64,000 nucleotides of DNA from a bacterium. GTDB taxonomy: Bacteria; Patescibacteriota; Patescibacteriia; Patescibacteriales; UBA12465. The notes under the pieces are model-generated. The model was not told the origin of the DNA. It worked only from the letters and a program-made list of their open reading frames with translations, and searched no databases. The DNA is taken from the NCBI GenBank assembly GCA_035400585.1, contig DAOMZR010000001.1:434643-498642 (forward strand). Direction: 5' to 3'. How positions within the stretch are numbered: the first letter of the stretch is position 1; each line of letters starts with the position of its first letter. Both the position numbers and the translations under genes were made by a program. Below are positions 44,472 to 54,181 of the stretch, in pieces.

Positions 44472-46271
44472 TTATTTTTTCAAAATTTTTACAAAAGTAT
44501 CTGGCGGAATATCAACGCTTCCCTTGCCAGCGGCCATCATCTTTTTCTTTCCTTTTTTCTGTTTTTCCAATAATTTTCTCTTACGCGAAACATCTCCGCC
44601 ATAAAGCTTGGCTGTTACATCTTTTCTCATGGCTGAAAGTCTTTCGGCAGCAATTACCTTACCTCCAATAGCTGCTTGAATTTTTAAAACAAACATTTGC
44701 TTTGATAACGATTCTTTTAAAATATTTACAACCTCTTTTCCTCTCCTAAAAGCGTCATCACGATAAACAATTGTCGCCAAAGCTTCAATTGGCTCCTCGG
44801 CCACAAGAATATCCATCTTAACCACATCAGCTTCTTGATAGTTTAAATATTCATAGTTAATAGAAGCATAACCAGCACTTAAACTTTTTATCTTATCATA
44901 AAAATCAGTTAAAATAGCTGACATTGGCATATCATAATGCAAGATAACTCTTTGCTCATCAGCTCCAGATGATATATATTCGGTATTTTTATAAACACCT
45001 CTTTTTTCCTGCGATAGCTGCATAATTCCCCCCATATAATCCTTGGGGGTGATAATGTCTAAAGAAACCCAGGGCTCTTCTATTTTGTCAGTTTCGGTTG
45101 GATCGGGCAATCTTTGTGGGGTTCTAACAACAATTTCTTCTCCGCCTTTTTTATAAACTTTATAAGCAACGCTAGGTATGGTTACTATTAAATCTAAATT
45201 ATATTCTCTCCTAAGTCTTTCTTGAAAAATTTCTAAATGAAGCAATCCTAAAAAACCACATCTAAAACCAAAACCTAAGGCATCAGATCTTTCTGGTTCA
45301 TAAACCAAAGCACTGTCATTCAATTTTAATTTATCCATTGCTTCTCTTAAATCTTCCAAGTCACTTCCTTCGCGAGGAAAAATTCCAGCAAAAACCATCG
45401 GCTTAACTTCTTTATATCCAGGCAAAGCTTTAACATCGCTACCTGGTGAAAAAGGAAAAGTTAGGGTATCGCCAACACGACATTCACTTACTTCTTTAAA
45501 GCCAGTAACTATATATCCAATAGATCCTGTTTCCAAAACTCCGGTTGAAAAATAATCGGGTTTAAAAACTCCAATATCTAGAACCTCACTTTCAGCTTTG
45601 GTAGCAATCAACTTTATTCTATCACCTTTTTTTATTCGACCATCAAAAACACGAACATAGGCAACTACACCCTTATATTCATCGTATTTGGAATCAAAAA
45701 TTAAGGCTCTAGGGGTGTCTTGCAAAGAAGTTCTTGGGGGTTTTCCATCAGCAATAACCTTGTTTAAAATATCTAAAACTCCTTCTCCGGTTTTTCCAGA
45801 AGCAGCTAAAATATCGCTTTCGGAACAACCCAAAAGTTTAATAATTTCTCTTTTGGTTTTTTCGGGGTTAGCAGCTGGAAGATCTATTTTATTAATAACC
45901 GGAATAATTACTAAGTCTTGTTCTAAGGCTAAATACAAATTAGCTAGTGTTTGAGCCTGAATACCTTGAGTACAATCGACCAACAAGACTGCTGTTTCAA
46001 CGGCGGCTAAAGACCTGGAAACTTCGTAAGAAAAATCAACGTGTCCAGGAGTATCAATTAAGTTTAACTGATAACCATTATGATTCATAGTAACTGGTTG
46101 AAGTTTTATGGTTATCCCTCTTTCTCTTTCAATGTCCATTCCGTCCAAAATTTGATCCTTCATTTTTCTTTTGTCTACTGTATTGGTCAATTCCAACATT
46201 CTATCGGCTAAAGTCGATTTTCCATGATCAATATGGGCTATTATGCAAAAATTTCTTATTTTATCGGTCAT
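44472..46271 (-). CDS. lepA: Translation elongation factor 4 (LepA)
   Basis: IRNFCIIAHIDHGKSTLADR, DTPGHVDF, NKID GTPase motifs, LepA C-terminal domain. Confidence 0.95.
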   Translation of the reverse strand: MTDKIRNFCIIAHIDHGKSTLADRMLELTNTVDKRKMKDQILDGMDIERERGITIKLQPVTMNHNGYQLNLIDTPGHVDFSYEVSRSLAAVETAVLLVDCTQGIQAQTLANLYLALEQDLVIIPVINKIDLPAANPEKTKREIIKLLGCSESDILAASGKTGEGVLDILNKVIADGKPPRTSLQDTPRALIFDSKYDEYKGVVAYVRVFDGRIKKGDRIKLIATKAESEVLDIGVFKPDYFSTGVLETGSIGYIVTGFKEVSECRVGDTLTFPFSPGSDVKALPGYKEVKPMVFAGIFPREGSDLEDLREAMDKLKLNDSALVYEPERSDALGFGFRCGFLGLLHLEIFQERLRREYNLDLIVTIPSVAYKVYKKGGEEIVVRTPQRLPDPTETDKIEEPWVSLDIITPKDYMGGIMQLSQEKRGVYKNTEYISSGADEQRVILHYDMPMSAILTDFYDKIKSLSAGYASINYEYLNYQEADVVKMDILVAEEPIEALATIVYRDDAFRRGKEVVNILKESLSKQMFVLKIQAAIGGKVIAAERLSAMRKDVTAKLYGGDVSRKRKLLEKQKKGKKKMMAAGKGSVDIPPDTFVKILKK

Positions 46272-46321
46272 AAATTAATTTAATAAAACAAACATCAGGG
46301 TCTTTTGGCCCCTTGTTTAAC

Positions 46322-46350
46322 ATTGTAATATATTGAGAGAGTTTAATCAA
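46322..46350 (-). promoter_or_regulatory. Candidate lepA promoter
   Basis: Minus strand TTGATT-17-TACAAT. Confidence 0.4.
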
Positions 46351-46360
46351 GAATAAAAAA

Positions 46361-48034
46361 CTACAAACCACGAGCCTCGCTTTGATCACCAATTTCTTCT
46401 ATTTTTTTCATTCTTTTGCCAAATGGCATTTTCTTTTTAATAACTTCTATTAATTCCAACATTTCTTCACTCTTCATTAAATAGCAAAGAAAAAAATAAA
46501 TTATCAAACCACTAAAACCAGCTACAAATCCCTGAGTTAAAACTCCCCAAAACTTAGTCATATCAATAAACGGCCAAATAAAAACCTTTCCGGTCTGGAC
46601 AAAAACTCCGGCAATTAAAGCGGCTATAGAAAATTTAACAACTGAAACCATAATTTTCTTTTGATCTAAATCACCAATTTCGAAATAAAGCCACATCCAT
46701 AAAATCATAAAATTCAAAATACTAGACAAAGAAAAAGCTAGGGCCAAACCAGCGACTCCCATTCTTTTTCCCAAAAATAAAGATAAGAAAATATTAGCCA
46801 CAACAACAGCTAAGCCAATATAAAATGGGGTTTTAGAATTTTCTCGAGCATAAAAAACTCTAACCAGCAATGGAATAGTAGCTTGAGCAAACAAACTTAA
46901 TGCAAAAAATCCCAAAGAATCAATGGTTAAAATTGTATCTCTCCAAGAAAATTCTCCCGTACCCAAAACAACACGAATTATCTGAGCTCTTAGAGTTATT
47001 AAAAGAACGGTTGACGGTATTATAAAAAACAAAATCTGCCTAAGAGCGTAGGAAAAATTATTAATCAGCTTTTTCTGATCGAAAGCTGAAGCGGCTAATG
47101 TTGGAAAAGCGGCCACTGCAAAAGATATGCCAAAAATTCCAATTGGAAAGCTTTGCAAATTATTAGCAAAATTAAAAACAGCCAAAGAACCACTAGACAA
47201 AGTGGAGGCTATTATAGTAATAACCAGCAAATTTATTTGAGCAATAGCCAAGCTCAAAGTACGAGGAACCATCATTAATAAAATTTTTCTTAAATTGTGG
47301 TCATAAAAATTAATAAACGCTTTCCAGGAAAAACCCAAGGCCTTAACTGGAGGAACTTGAATTATCATGTGCATAAAAGCACCCAAAACAACGCCCCAAG
47401 CCAAACCAGAAATACCAAGAACTGGAACAAAAAATATAGCACCACAAATAATTCCTAAATTATAAAAAATTGGGGCCAAAGAAAAAACTAAAAAATTTTT
47501 AAAAGATTGAAGAACCCCCCCCAAAATACTAGAGACACCCAAAAAAACAGGAGAAAAAAACATTATTCTAGTCATAGCAACAGTTGTTGCTTTTAATTCT
47601 GGAGAGAATCCAGGGGCTATTAAAGAAACCAAAGAGGGGGCGAAAACAGCACCGATTAAAGATAAAAATAAAAGAGCTAAGGTTAAAATATTTAAAATAT
47701 TACTAACTAAATCCCAAGCCTCTTTATTTTCACTTTTAGAAGAACAAAAATAATAATTCTCATCACATCTCATTCTTTTTATAAGATTAGAGAAAACTGG
47801 AATAAACCCGGCTGAAAGCGCTCCTAAAACTATTAAATTATAAATTAAATCGGGAATACGAAAAGCAGAATAATAAGCATCGAGCTCTTGTCCAGCTCCA
47901 AATTGACCAGCTAAAATACGGTCTCTAAAAATTCCTAAAAACCTTGAAAATAGAGAAAAGACACCAACCAGAATAGCGGCGGCAGCGATACCTTTGGTTC
48001 TTTTCTTAAAAATATTTTTTAAATCTAAAATCAT
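46361..48034 (-). CDS. murJ: Lipid II flippase MurJ (MviN)
   Basis: About 14 TM helices. N-terminal FGAGQELDAYYSAFRIPD is typical of MurJ. Confidence 0.9.
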   Translation of the reverse strand: MILDLKNIFKKRTKGIAAAAILVGVFSLFSRFLGIFRDRILAGQFGAGQELDAYYSAFRIPDLIYNLIVLGALSAGFIPVFSNLIKRMRCDENYYFCSSKSENKEAWDLVSNILNILTLALLFLSLIGAVFAPSLVSLIAPGFSPELKATTVAMTRIMFFSPVFLGVSSILGGVLQSFKNFLVFSLAPIFYNLGIICGAIFFVPVLGISGLAWGVVLGAFMHMIIQVPPVKALGFSWKAFINFYDHNLRKILLMMVPRTLSLAIAQINLLVITIIASTLSSGSLAVFNFANNLQSFPIGIFGISFAVAAFPTLAASAFDQKKLINNFSYALRQILFFIIPSTVLLITLRAQIIRVVLGTGEFSWRDTILTIDSLGFFALSLFAQATIPLLVRVFYARENSKTPFYIGLAVVVANIFLSLFLGKRMGVAGLALAFSLSSILNFMILWMWLYFEIGDLDQKKIMVSVVKFSIAALIAGVFVQTGKVFIWPFIDMTKFWGVLTQGFVAGFSGLIIYFFLCYLMKSEEMLELIEVIKKKMPFGKRMKKIEEIGDQSEARGL

Positions 48035-48044
48035 TTTTATTTTT

Positions 48045-50108
48045 TTAAATAATAATTCTAATATCAGCTATTTTTATTTCCCTTTCAGTAACTATTAACG
48101 GATTAAGATCTATTTCTAAAAATTTCGGATTCTCATTAACCATTTTAGCTAATTTTAAAATAATATCAATTAGTTGATTAAAATTTATTGGCTTACGACC
48201 TCTAGCGCCATTTAAGATTTTAAAAGCTTTAATGTTTTCAATCATTTTTTTAGCCCTTTTTCTATCCAAATCACTCAATTCAAAAGAAATATCTTTATAA
48301 ATTTCCGCATATATTCCACCTAGACCAAACATAATTAATTGGCCAAAAACGGGATCTTTCTTGGTTCCCAAAATAAGCTCAAAATCTCCGACAACCATTG
48401 GTTGATAAATAGCATAATTTTTATCTGATATATTTTTTAATTTTATCTCTCTATCAAGCTGATTTAAAATATTTTCAGCTTCAATTTTATTTTTTACATT
48501 TAAGAAAATCGCTTTTTTATCACTTTTGTGAATAAAATCTGGACCAACAAATTTAATTACCACTGGATATTTTATTTTACTTAATGACTTATGTTCAACT
48601 CTAATTGTTTTAACAACATTTAAGTTATTATTTTTAAACAATTTAAAAGAATCTAAATAATCTATAACATTTTTTGAAGATTCATTAGTCTTGTTTTCTA
48701 TAAATTTGTTTTTATAAACAACTATTTTTTTTCGATCGCGATAATAAGTCAGTGTTTTGGATAAAATACAAATAGCCTCTTCTACAGAATCAAAATTAGA
48801 AACCAAATTATCGGCCAATATTTTTTTAGCTGCAGACAATCCCTGGCCACCCAAAAAACAAGTACAAATAAGTTTGTTTTTATATTTATTTTTTAAATCA
48901 ACTATAATTCTGGCAATATTTTCAACATCAGTCATGCTTTGTAAAGTAAGCAAAACCAAAACACTAGAAATATTTTTGTCATTTAAAACAATTTCCAGAC
49001 TATTTTTATAACGAACAGAATCAGCATCTCCCAAGATGTCTAATGGATTTTTAACATGAGAAAAACTTGGCAATTGTTTCTTTAAATCCAGTACTGTTTT
49101 TTTGGAAAAATTAATTAAATCTAAATTATTTTCGAAAGATTCATCTGTAGCCAAAACTGTTGGACCACCAGCATTGGAAATTATAGCCAAACCATCGTTT
49201 TCGATTTTTAAAGGCCCCTTAACTAGCCTCATTAAATTATATATTTGACTAATATTGTCTAGTATAATTGCACCCGACCTCTTCAAAGCAGTAAGTGTTG
49301 CTTCATTAGAACCAGCCAAACTACCGGTATGCGACATGGCCATTTTACTTCCGGCCGAAGTTCTTCCAGCCTTAAGAATAGCCACTGGTTTTGTTTTAGA
49401 AATTTTAGAAACTATCTCCAAGAATCTTTCACCTTGAGATATTTCCTCTAAATAAGCAATTATTAAATCACTATTTTTATCCTGGTAAAAAAAATCAAAA
49501 AAATCATTTTCATTTAAATTTGATTTATTTCCTAGGCTAATAAAATAAGACAGGCCAATGTTTTTGTTTTCTAACCAATTTAAAACAGCGCTACCAATGG
49601 CCCCCGATTGAGAAAGAAAGGCAACATTATTTTTTCTTTTAATATTTTTATCGGGTAAATACCCACTAAAACTAATATTTAAATTATTAATAGTGTTTAT
49701 AAATCCCAAACAATTTGGACCAAGGATGTTCATATTTTTTTGCTGAGCAATTTCGGAAATTTTTTTCTCTATTTCTATTCCTTCAAGTCCAATCTCCTTA
49801 AAACCAGCGCTGATAATGACAATATTTTTTACACCCAAGTCAGCTGCTTCAATTATTTCTGTCAAAACAAATTTAGCCGGAATAGAAACAACTAAAAGTA
49901 ATTCAGAAAAATTTTTTATTGGAATTTTTGCAACATCCTGGTAGGCTTTAAGACCAGCTATCTTTTTTTCTTTAAGATTAACCGGGAAAACACCATTTTT
50001 TTTAGTTAATAAAATATTATCTAAAATAATTCGACCGATCTTATTTTTATCATTAGAAGCTCCTAAAATCGCGATATATTGGGGATTTAAAAAATTTTTT
50101 AGTTTCAT
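48045..50108 (-). CDS. acd: Acetyl-CoA synthetase (ADP-forming), fused alpha/beta (CoA-binding plus ATP-grasp)
   Basis: N-terminal CoA-binding FLNPQYIAILGASNDKNKIGR, succinyl-CoA-synthetase-like flavodoxin domains with SHTGSLAG, C-terminal ATP-grasp. Confidence 0.8.
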   Translation of the reverse strand: MKLKNFLNPQYIAILGASNDKNKIGRIILDNILLTKKNGVFPVNLKEKKIAGLKAYQDVAKIPIKNFSELLLVVSIPAKFVLTEIIEAADLGVKNIVIISAGFKEIGLEGIEIEKKISEIAQQKNMNILGPNCLGFINTINNLNISFSGYLPDKNIKRKNNVAFLSQSGAIGSAVLNWLENKNIGLSYFISLGNKSNLNENDFFDFFYQDKNSDLIIAYLEEISQGERFLEIVSKISKTKPVAILKAGRTSAGSKMAMSHTGSLAGSNEATLTALKRSGAIILDNISQIYNLMRLVKGPLKIENDGLAIISNAGGPTVLATDESFENNLDLINFSKKTVLDLKKQLPSFSHVKNPLDILGDADSVRYKNSLEIVLNDKNISSVLVLLTLQSMTDVENIARIIVDLKNKYKNKLICTCFLGGQGLSAAKKILADNLVSNFDSVEEAICILSKTLTYYRDRKKIVVYKNKFIENKTNESSKNVIDYLDSFKLFKNNNLNVVKTIRVEHKSLSKIKYPVVIKFVGPDFIHKSDKKAIFLNVKNKIEAENILNQLDREIKLKNISDKNYAIYQPMVVGDFELILGTKKDPVFGQLIMFGLGGIYAEIYKDISFELSDLDRKRAKKMIENIKAFKILNGARGRKPINFNQLIDIILKLAKMVNENPKFLEIDLNPLIVTEREIKIADIRIII

Positions 50109-50141
50109 ATTTTATTATTTTAATTTATTTTAAAATTTTAA

Positions 50142-50345
50142 CTATTTTTTAGAAAAACAAATATTTCCTAAAATTATTATAAATAAAAGAATCCAAAAAA
50201 ATAAAAATATATTCAAATTAAAATAAGTTATAATCAATCCAGGAAGAAAAAACTCTAAAACAAAAGATAAAATTAAAATTTTACTAAAAAAATAAAAAAC
50301 TTCTATTAAATATTCTTTAGTTTTTTCTTTTCTAAAAAATAACAT
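50142..50345 (-). CDS. Small 67-aa membrane protein, hypothetical
   Basis: ORF track. Two hydrophobic helices. 3 nt after the upstream ORF. Confidence 0.4.
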   Translation of the reverse strand: MLFFRKEKTKEYLIEVFYFFSKILILSFVLEFFLPGLIITYFNLNIFLFFWILLFIIILGNICFSKK

Positions 50346-50348
50346 AGG

Positions 50349-51767
50349 TTAAAATAAATATTCTTTTATTTTATCAAACAAACTTTTGCCAGACAAAACT
50401 ATCTCGATATCTTTAATTTCTAAATATTGTAAATTATCTTCATTCTTTAAAAATGGAGCTGAAATAATAAAACGATACTCTCCTTTCTTTCGCTGAGCTC
50501 CTCTTAAATCAATTTCCAATTCTGAAATATAATAATTATTTAATTCTGTTGGTGGCTGATATTTAGCAATAACAAAATTATACTCGTCGACAGAAACATC
50601 CGACGCTAGAGATGATATTAAAGGGTTAAAGAAAGATTCGATCGAAAAAGAAAATAAACCATTATTTTCAATTAACATACCACAGGAATCAGATTGAATG
50701 TTGTTTATACCGCGACCATCAACATTAAAATTAAATTGTTGAAAAATTCTATCTACTGAAAATTTGCTGTCATTTATATTAACATCGGCCAAACATAGAG
50801 ATTCCAGTGATTTTATTCGAAAATTATTTTTATTGGAAAAAACATCAAAACCATTTTTAGTATTATATAAATTAAGCTTGTGCAAAAAAACTAATTTAGG
50901 AAGATAAACATCAGTTTTATTAATTATAAAATTATCATTAGCTCTAACTTCTATCTTGTAAACACTTTCCGGTAAATCTACTAAGTCTAGAGAAAAGTTA
51001 ACAATTTGATTGTTTAAAAATTCTTCAGCTGAAAAACTTTTAGAAAAAATAACGTCATCATTTAGATAAACAAATAAATCTAAATTGTTTTTATTGCTTT
51101 GATCTAAGTTGCTAAAAGAAAAATCAAATTTTAAACTTTCATCTTTTAAATAGGTATAAAAAACATGAGATCCACGAAGAGCTGGTAGTGTTGTTTTGTA
51201 ATTATCACCTCCTTGATAATCCTTCAAAACAAAATCATTGTTTAAATTATAATTATAAAGAAGTAAAGAAGAAAAGTCTTTATTATTTAAATAATCAGTT
51301 AAACCTTTAAATTTATCCTCTCTTTGCAAAAAAACAGCTTGATTATCAACTTGTTTTGTCCAATTATGATATAAATCGTTTAAAATATTGTTGTAGATTG
51401 GATAAAATCTATAGTTCCAATTTTCTTCATTTAATAAAACACCAAGCTCAAGATTGATAAAATTATTTTTTTGAACAACTTGATCACTAATCTTATATTT
51501 CATCTTTATTTTAGCTGAATCAAAATTTCTGTTAGTTTTTAGATAAAAATAAGCGGGTTCACCACTTAATTTATTTTTATCAAAAAGACGATCAACTGGG
51601 CCGAGTTTGTAAATGGCCCCTTTTCCTAAAAAAATATTATTATATTTTCGGGAAAAATCTTTTTTATAGGTAGCCCAACCTAAAGGAGAGATATATAAAA
51701 AAAATAATACCCCAAAAAAAACAAATAAAAGAATATTTAAATAAATTCTAAGTTTTTTACGATTCAT
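50349..51767 (-). CDS. Hypothetical N-terminally anchored extracytoplasmic protein (~472 aa)
   Basis: The ORF track starts at 51815. I prefer Met17 (ATG at 51767, MNRKKLRIYLNILLFVFFGVLFFLYI), which gives a classical basic-then-TM start. No motif recognised. Confidence 0.6.
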   Translation of the reverse strand: MNRKKLRIYLNILLFVFFGVLFFLYISPLGWATYKKDFSRKYNNIFLGKGAIYKLGPVDRLFDKNKLSGEPAYFYLKTNRNFDSAKIKMKYKISDQVVQKNNFINLELGVLLNEENWNYRFYPIYNNILNDLYHNWTKQVDNQAVFLQREDKFKGLTDYLNNKDFSSLLLYNYNLNNDFVLKDYQGGDNYKTTLPALRGSHVFYTYLKDESLKFDFSFSNLDQSNKNNLDLFVYLNDDVIFSKSFSAEEFLNNQIVNFSLDLVDLPESVYKIEVRANDNFIINKTDVYLPKLVFLHKLNLYNTKNGFDVFSNKNNFRIKSLESLCLADVNINDSKFSVDRIFQQFNFNVDGRGINNIQSDSCGMLIENNGLFSFSIESFFNPLISSLASDVSVDEYNFVIAKYQPPTELNNYYISELEIDLRGAQRKKGEYRFIISAPFLKNEDNLQYLEIKDIEIVLSGKSLFDKIKEYLF

Positions 51768-51837
51768 ACCTTTTTCTTTTATTACATTATGACATATCCC
51801 CAAACAAATTTCCACAATAATAAAGTATTGATTTTTT

Positions 51838-51866
51838 TGTTTAAATTTAATATAATTTAGCGTTAA
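51838..51866 (+). promoter_or_regulatory. Promoter of ORF 51943-52722
   Basis: TTGATT-17-TATAAT. Confidence 0.5.
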
Positions 51867-51884
51867 AGGGCTCTTTAAAAAATT

Positions 51885-51930
51885 TTGGTTAGGGTCTAAG
51901 GATTTGTTTTAATTTTTAGACTCTAACCAA
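51885..51930 (+). promoter_or_regulatory. Long hairpin in the 5' leader of ORF 51943-52722
   Basis: TTGGTTAGGGTCTAA (51885-99) pairs with TTAGACTCTAACCAA (51916-30): 15 bp with one G-U pair and a 16-nt loop, between the predicted start site and the ATG. Confidence 0.5.
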
Positions 51931-51942
51931 AAAACACGAAAA

Positions 51943-52722
51943 ATGAAAACAATTACCTTTCTTACGATTATTCTGTTTTGTTTGTTTGCCACTGAAAAAA
52001 TTAATGGCCAAGATAAACAAAAAGACTCCGTAATAGTCATAACTGGAGTCATTGATAAAAGAGATATAAAAAGGGTTGTTCAAAATCTTGAAGACCAAAT
52101 TGAAAACGGAAGACTAGACGGTGCTATCAATTCGGCCCAAATTCTAAACAAAAAACTAAGAAGTAAAGATTTAGAAAAAATTATTGAAGTTAACATTAAA
52201 CTAGGCTGGCTACCAACAGCCAATAGAGCTGCAACAATGAACGGCAGAAAATTAGAATTCAAAGAGATTTACACAGCACTTTGGGTAAAAGAATTTCCAA
52301 TGGATACCGTAACAAAATATCTAACAGACATCGCACCCAAAAATGCTGAAAAATTTCAAAAATTTTACATCAATAAAGGAGACCTTAAATCAGCCGAAGC
52401 CAGTTCTAAAATTTCCGGAAAAAGAATAGAAAGTAGTGAGTTTGTTAAAATATCAAAAGTGTATTTTCAAAAGAAAAATGTTAACATGGCTATTTTATCA
52501 GCTAGAAAAGGGGGAACTCTTGGACGGGAAGAATTAGGAAAACTCTTAAAAATATTTGTTAATCTCAAAGACTTAGAAAGCGCTGTTAAAGTAGCGGCTG
52601 CTATCGGTGGAAAAAATATGTCTGTTAGCGAATGGGCAATACTTAAAAAAATAATTCCACCAGAAAAAATTGAAGATACTACTGAGTTTATAAACAAAGG
52701 ATCGATCCCTAAAATGGAATGA
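51943..52722 (+). CDS. Secreted hypothetical protein (259 aa)
   Basis: Signal peptide MKTITFLTIILFCLFATEKINGQ. Helical-repeat-like body. Promoter at 51838-51866. Confidence 0.6.
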   Translation: MKTITFLTIILFCLFATEKINGQDKQKDSVIVITGVIDKRDIKRVVQNLEDQIENGRLDGAINSAQILNKKLRSKDLEKIIEVNIKLGWLPTANRAATMNGRKLEFKEIYTALWVKEFPMDTVTKYLTDIAPKNAEKFQKFYINKGDLKSAEASSKISGKRIESSEFVKISKVYFQKKNVNMAILSARKGGTLGREELGKLLKIFVNLKDLESAVKVAAAIGGKNMSVSEWAILKKIIPPEKIEDTTEFINKGSIPKME

Positions 52723-52744
52723 AAAGGATTGTAATTGCTGGCAT

Positions 52745-52758
52745 ACAATCTAGATTGT
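52745..52758. promoter_or_regulatory. Perfect 14-bp palindrome ACAATCTAGATTGT just upstream of an orphan promoter
   Basis: Self-complementary as read. It ends 3 nt before the -35 box at 52762. Confidence 0.35.
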
Positions 52759-52761
52759 TAC

Positions 52762-52790
52762 TTGACAAATATATACAAATATGATATAAT
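52762..52790 (+). promoter_or_regulatory. Orphan consensus promoter with no ORF downstream
   Basis: TTGACA (52762-67), 17-nt spacer, TATAAT (52785-90). The terminator hairpin lies about 38 nt downstream. Confidence 0.45.
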
Positions 52791-52796
52791 TAGAAG

Positions 52797-52850
52797 GCGT
52801 GCCTACAAAATACTAAAGAAACAAAAAAGCCACTAAATAGTGGCTTTTTC
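52797..52850 (+). ncRNA. Candidate ~50-nt small RNA (orphan promoter to terminator)
   Basis: Bounded by the 52762-52790 promoter and the 52828-52845 hairpin plus T-run. No ORF. Ends are approximate. Confidence 0.25.
52828..52845. terminator. Bidirectional terminator (tyrS, ORF 51943-52722 and the orphan promoter unit)
   Basis: AGCCACTA-AA-TAGTGGCT with an A6 run upstream and a T-run downstream. Confidence 0.7.
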
Positions 52851-52865
52851 TTATTATTTTTGATT

Positions 52866-54086
52866 TTAAGTAATTTTAATAAAATTGATTTTTCCTCTTT
52901 GAACAACCGAACCAACTGGAACTGTAAAATTATAATCTTTAACAACTTCTTGATTAATTTTAACCCCACCTTGGTCAATAACCCTCCTGGCTTCACTTTT
53001 GGAAGAGGCTAATCCTGATTGAATTAAAATTGAAATTAAATCATAAGTGTCTGGCTTTATTTCTGGCATTTCGTCTGGCATTTCTTTTTTTGAAAAAGTA
53101 GCAACAAAATAATTTTTTGCTTCTTTGGCTTTTTCTTCGCCATGATAAATTTTTACTATTTCATAAGCCAAGTCCATTTTTAAATCTTTTGGATTAATAT
53201 CACCTTTATCAAGCTTAGATTTAATGATTTTAATTTCATCCATCGGAACAAAGGTACAATCAACAAAAAGTTGATAAATATTTTCATCGGCTTGAGACAT
53301 AACTTTACCAAACATATCATTAGCCGAACTGTCTAAAAATATTCCAGTGCCTAAGCTTTTAGACATCATCTTTTCTCCTGTTACTGGATTTACTAAAAGC
53401 GTGGTTATGAAAACGAACTTTTCTTTATTGTTATATTTTTTTTGCAAAGTTCTTCCGGCTAAAGCATTAAATTTTTGATCATTACCACAAAGCTCCATGT
53501 CAACATCCATGGCCACACTATCATAACCTTGCATCAAAGGATAAAAAAATTCATGAACATAAATAGGCTTTTCTTCTTTCAATCTTTTTTCAAACATATC
53601 TCTTTCTAACATTCTTTGCACTGTAAAATTAGAAGCGATGCCGATTAAATCTTCAAAATTTAATTTAGCCAACCAATCATGGTTATATTTAACAACTGGG
53701 GGATTTATTTCGTCTTTAAAATTAATTAACGGTTCTAATTGCTTCATCCAGGTTTTAATATTATTTTGCACATCTTCACGACTCAATTGTTGTCTGGCCG
53801 AATTTTTATCTGATGGATCACCAATTCTAGCCGTAAAATCACCAATAAGAAGTATGGCCTCATGTCCTAATTTTCTTAATTTTTCAAAAATAATATAATT
53901 GGTAGCGTGACCCAAATGAAGGGATGAACCAGTAGCATCAGTTCCGATATAAAATCTAATTTTTTTGCCAGAAAGCAAGAGCTCTTTAAAAGCCTCTTTT
54001 GATGGCAGTATTTCAGCCACACTTCTTTCTAGCAGTTCGTCAATGTCTTTTCTTTTTTGATCATCAATTATTATTTTATCTTCCAT
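52866..54086 (-). CDS. tyrS: Tyrosyl-tRNA synthetase
   Basis: HIGH as LHLGHATN, KMSKSLG, C-terminal S4 domain. Confidence 0.95.
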   Translation of the reverse strand: MEDKIIIDDQKRKDIDELLERSVAEILPSKEAFKELLLSGKKIRFYIGTDATGSSLHLGHATNYIIFEKLRKLGHEAILLIGDFTARIGDPSDKNSARQQLSREDVQNNIKTWMKQLEPLINFKDEINPPVVKYNHDWLAKLNFEDLIGIASNFTVQRMLERDMFEKRLKEEKPIYVHEFFYPLMQGYDSVAMDVDMELCGNDQKFNALAGRTLQKKYNNKEKFVFITTLLVNPVTGEKMMSKSLGTGIFLDSSANDMFGKVMSQADENIYQLFVDCTFVPMDEIKIIKSKLDKGDINPKDLKMDLAYEIVKIYHGEEKAKEAKNYFVATFSKKEMPDEMPEIKPDTYDLISILIQSGLASSKSEARRVIDQGGVKINQEVVKDYNFTVPVGSVVQRGKINFIKIT

Positions 54087-54164
54087 AATTTTATTATTTA
54101 AAATGATTATAATTGATTATAGCAACATTTATTTAATTTTTCCAGTTTTTAAACAAAAAGAAAA

Positions 54165-54181
54165 AGCGTCTAAAAGACGCT
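54165..54181 (-). terminator. Terminator of the GNAT gene
   Basis: Minus strand AGCGTCT-TTT-AGACGCT followed by TTTTCTTTTT. Confidence 0.6.

Noticed and set aside
51768-51815. Longest start (51815) of the 488-aa ORF
   Set aside because: MEICLGICHNVIKEKG precedes a classical MNRKKLRIY plus TM start at 51767. The choice is uncertain but the shorter form is preferred.
52790-52996. 68-aa minus-strand ORF overlapping the tyrS 3' end
   Set aside because: It runs through the tyrS terminator hairpin and overlaps the tyrS coding region out of frame. It is a Lys/Leu-rich translation of AT-rich sequence.
54087-54181. T-box riboswitch leaders upstream of tyrS, and likewise metG and leuS
   Set aside because: The leaders are far too short (about 30-95 nt; leuS has a 10-nt gap). 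There is no specifier-loop or T-box consensus sequence.
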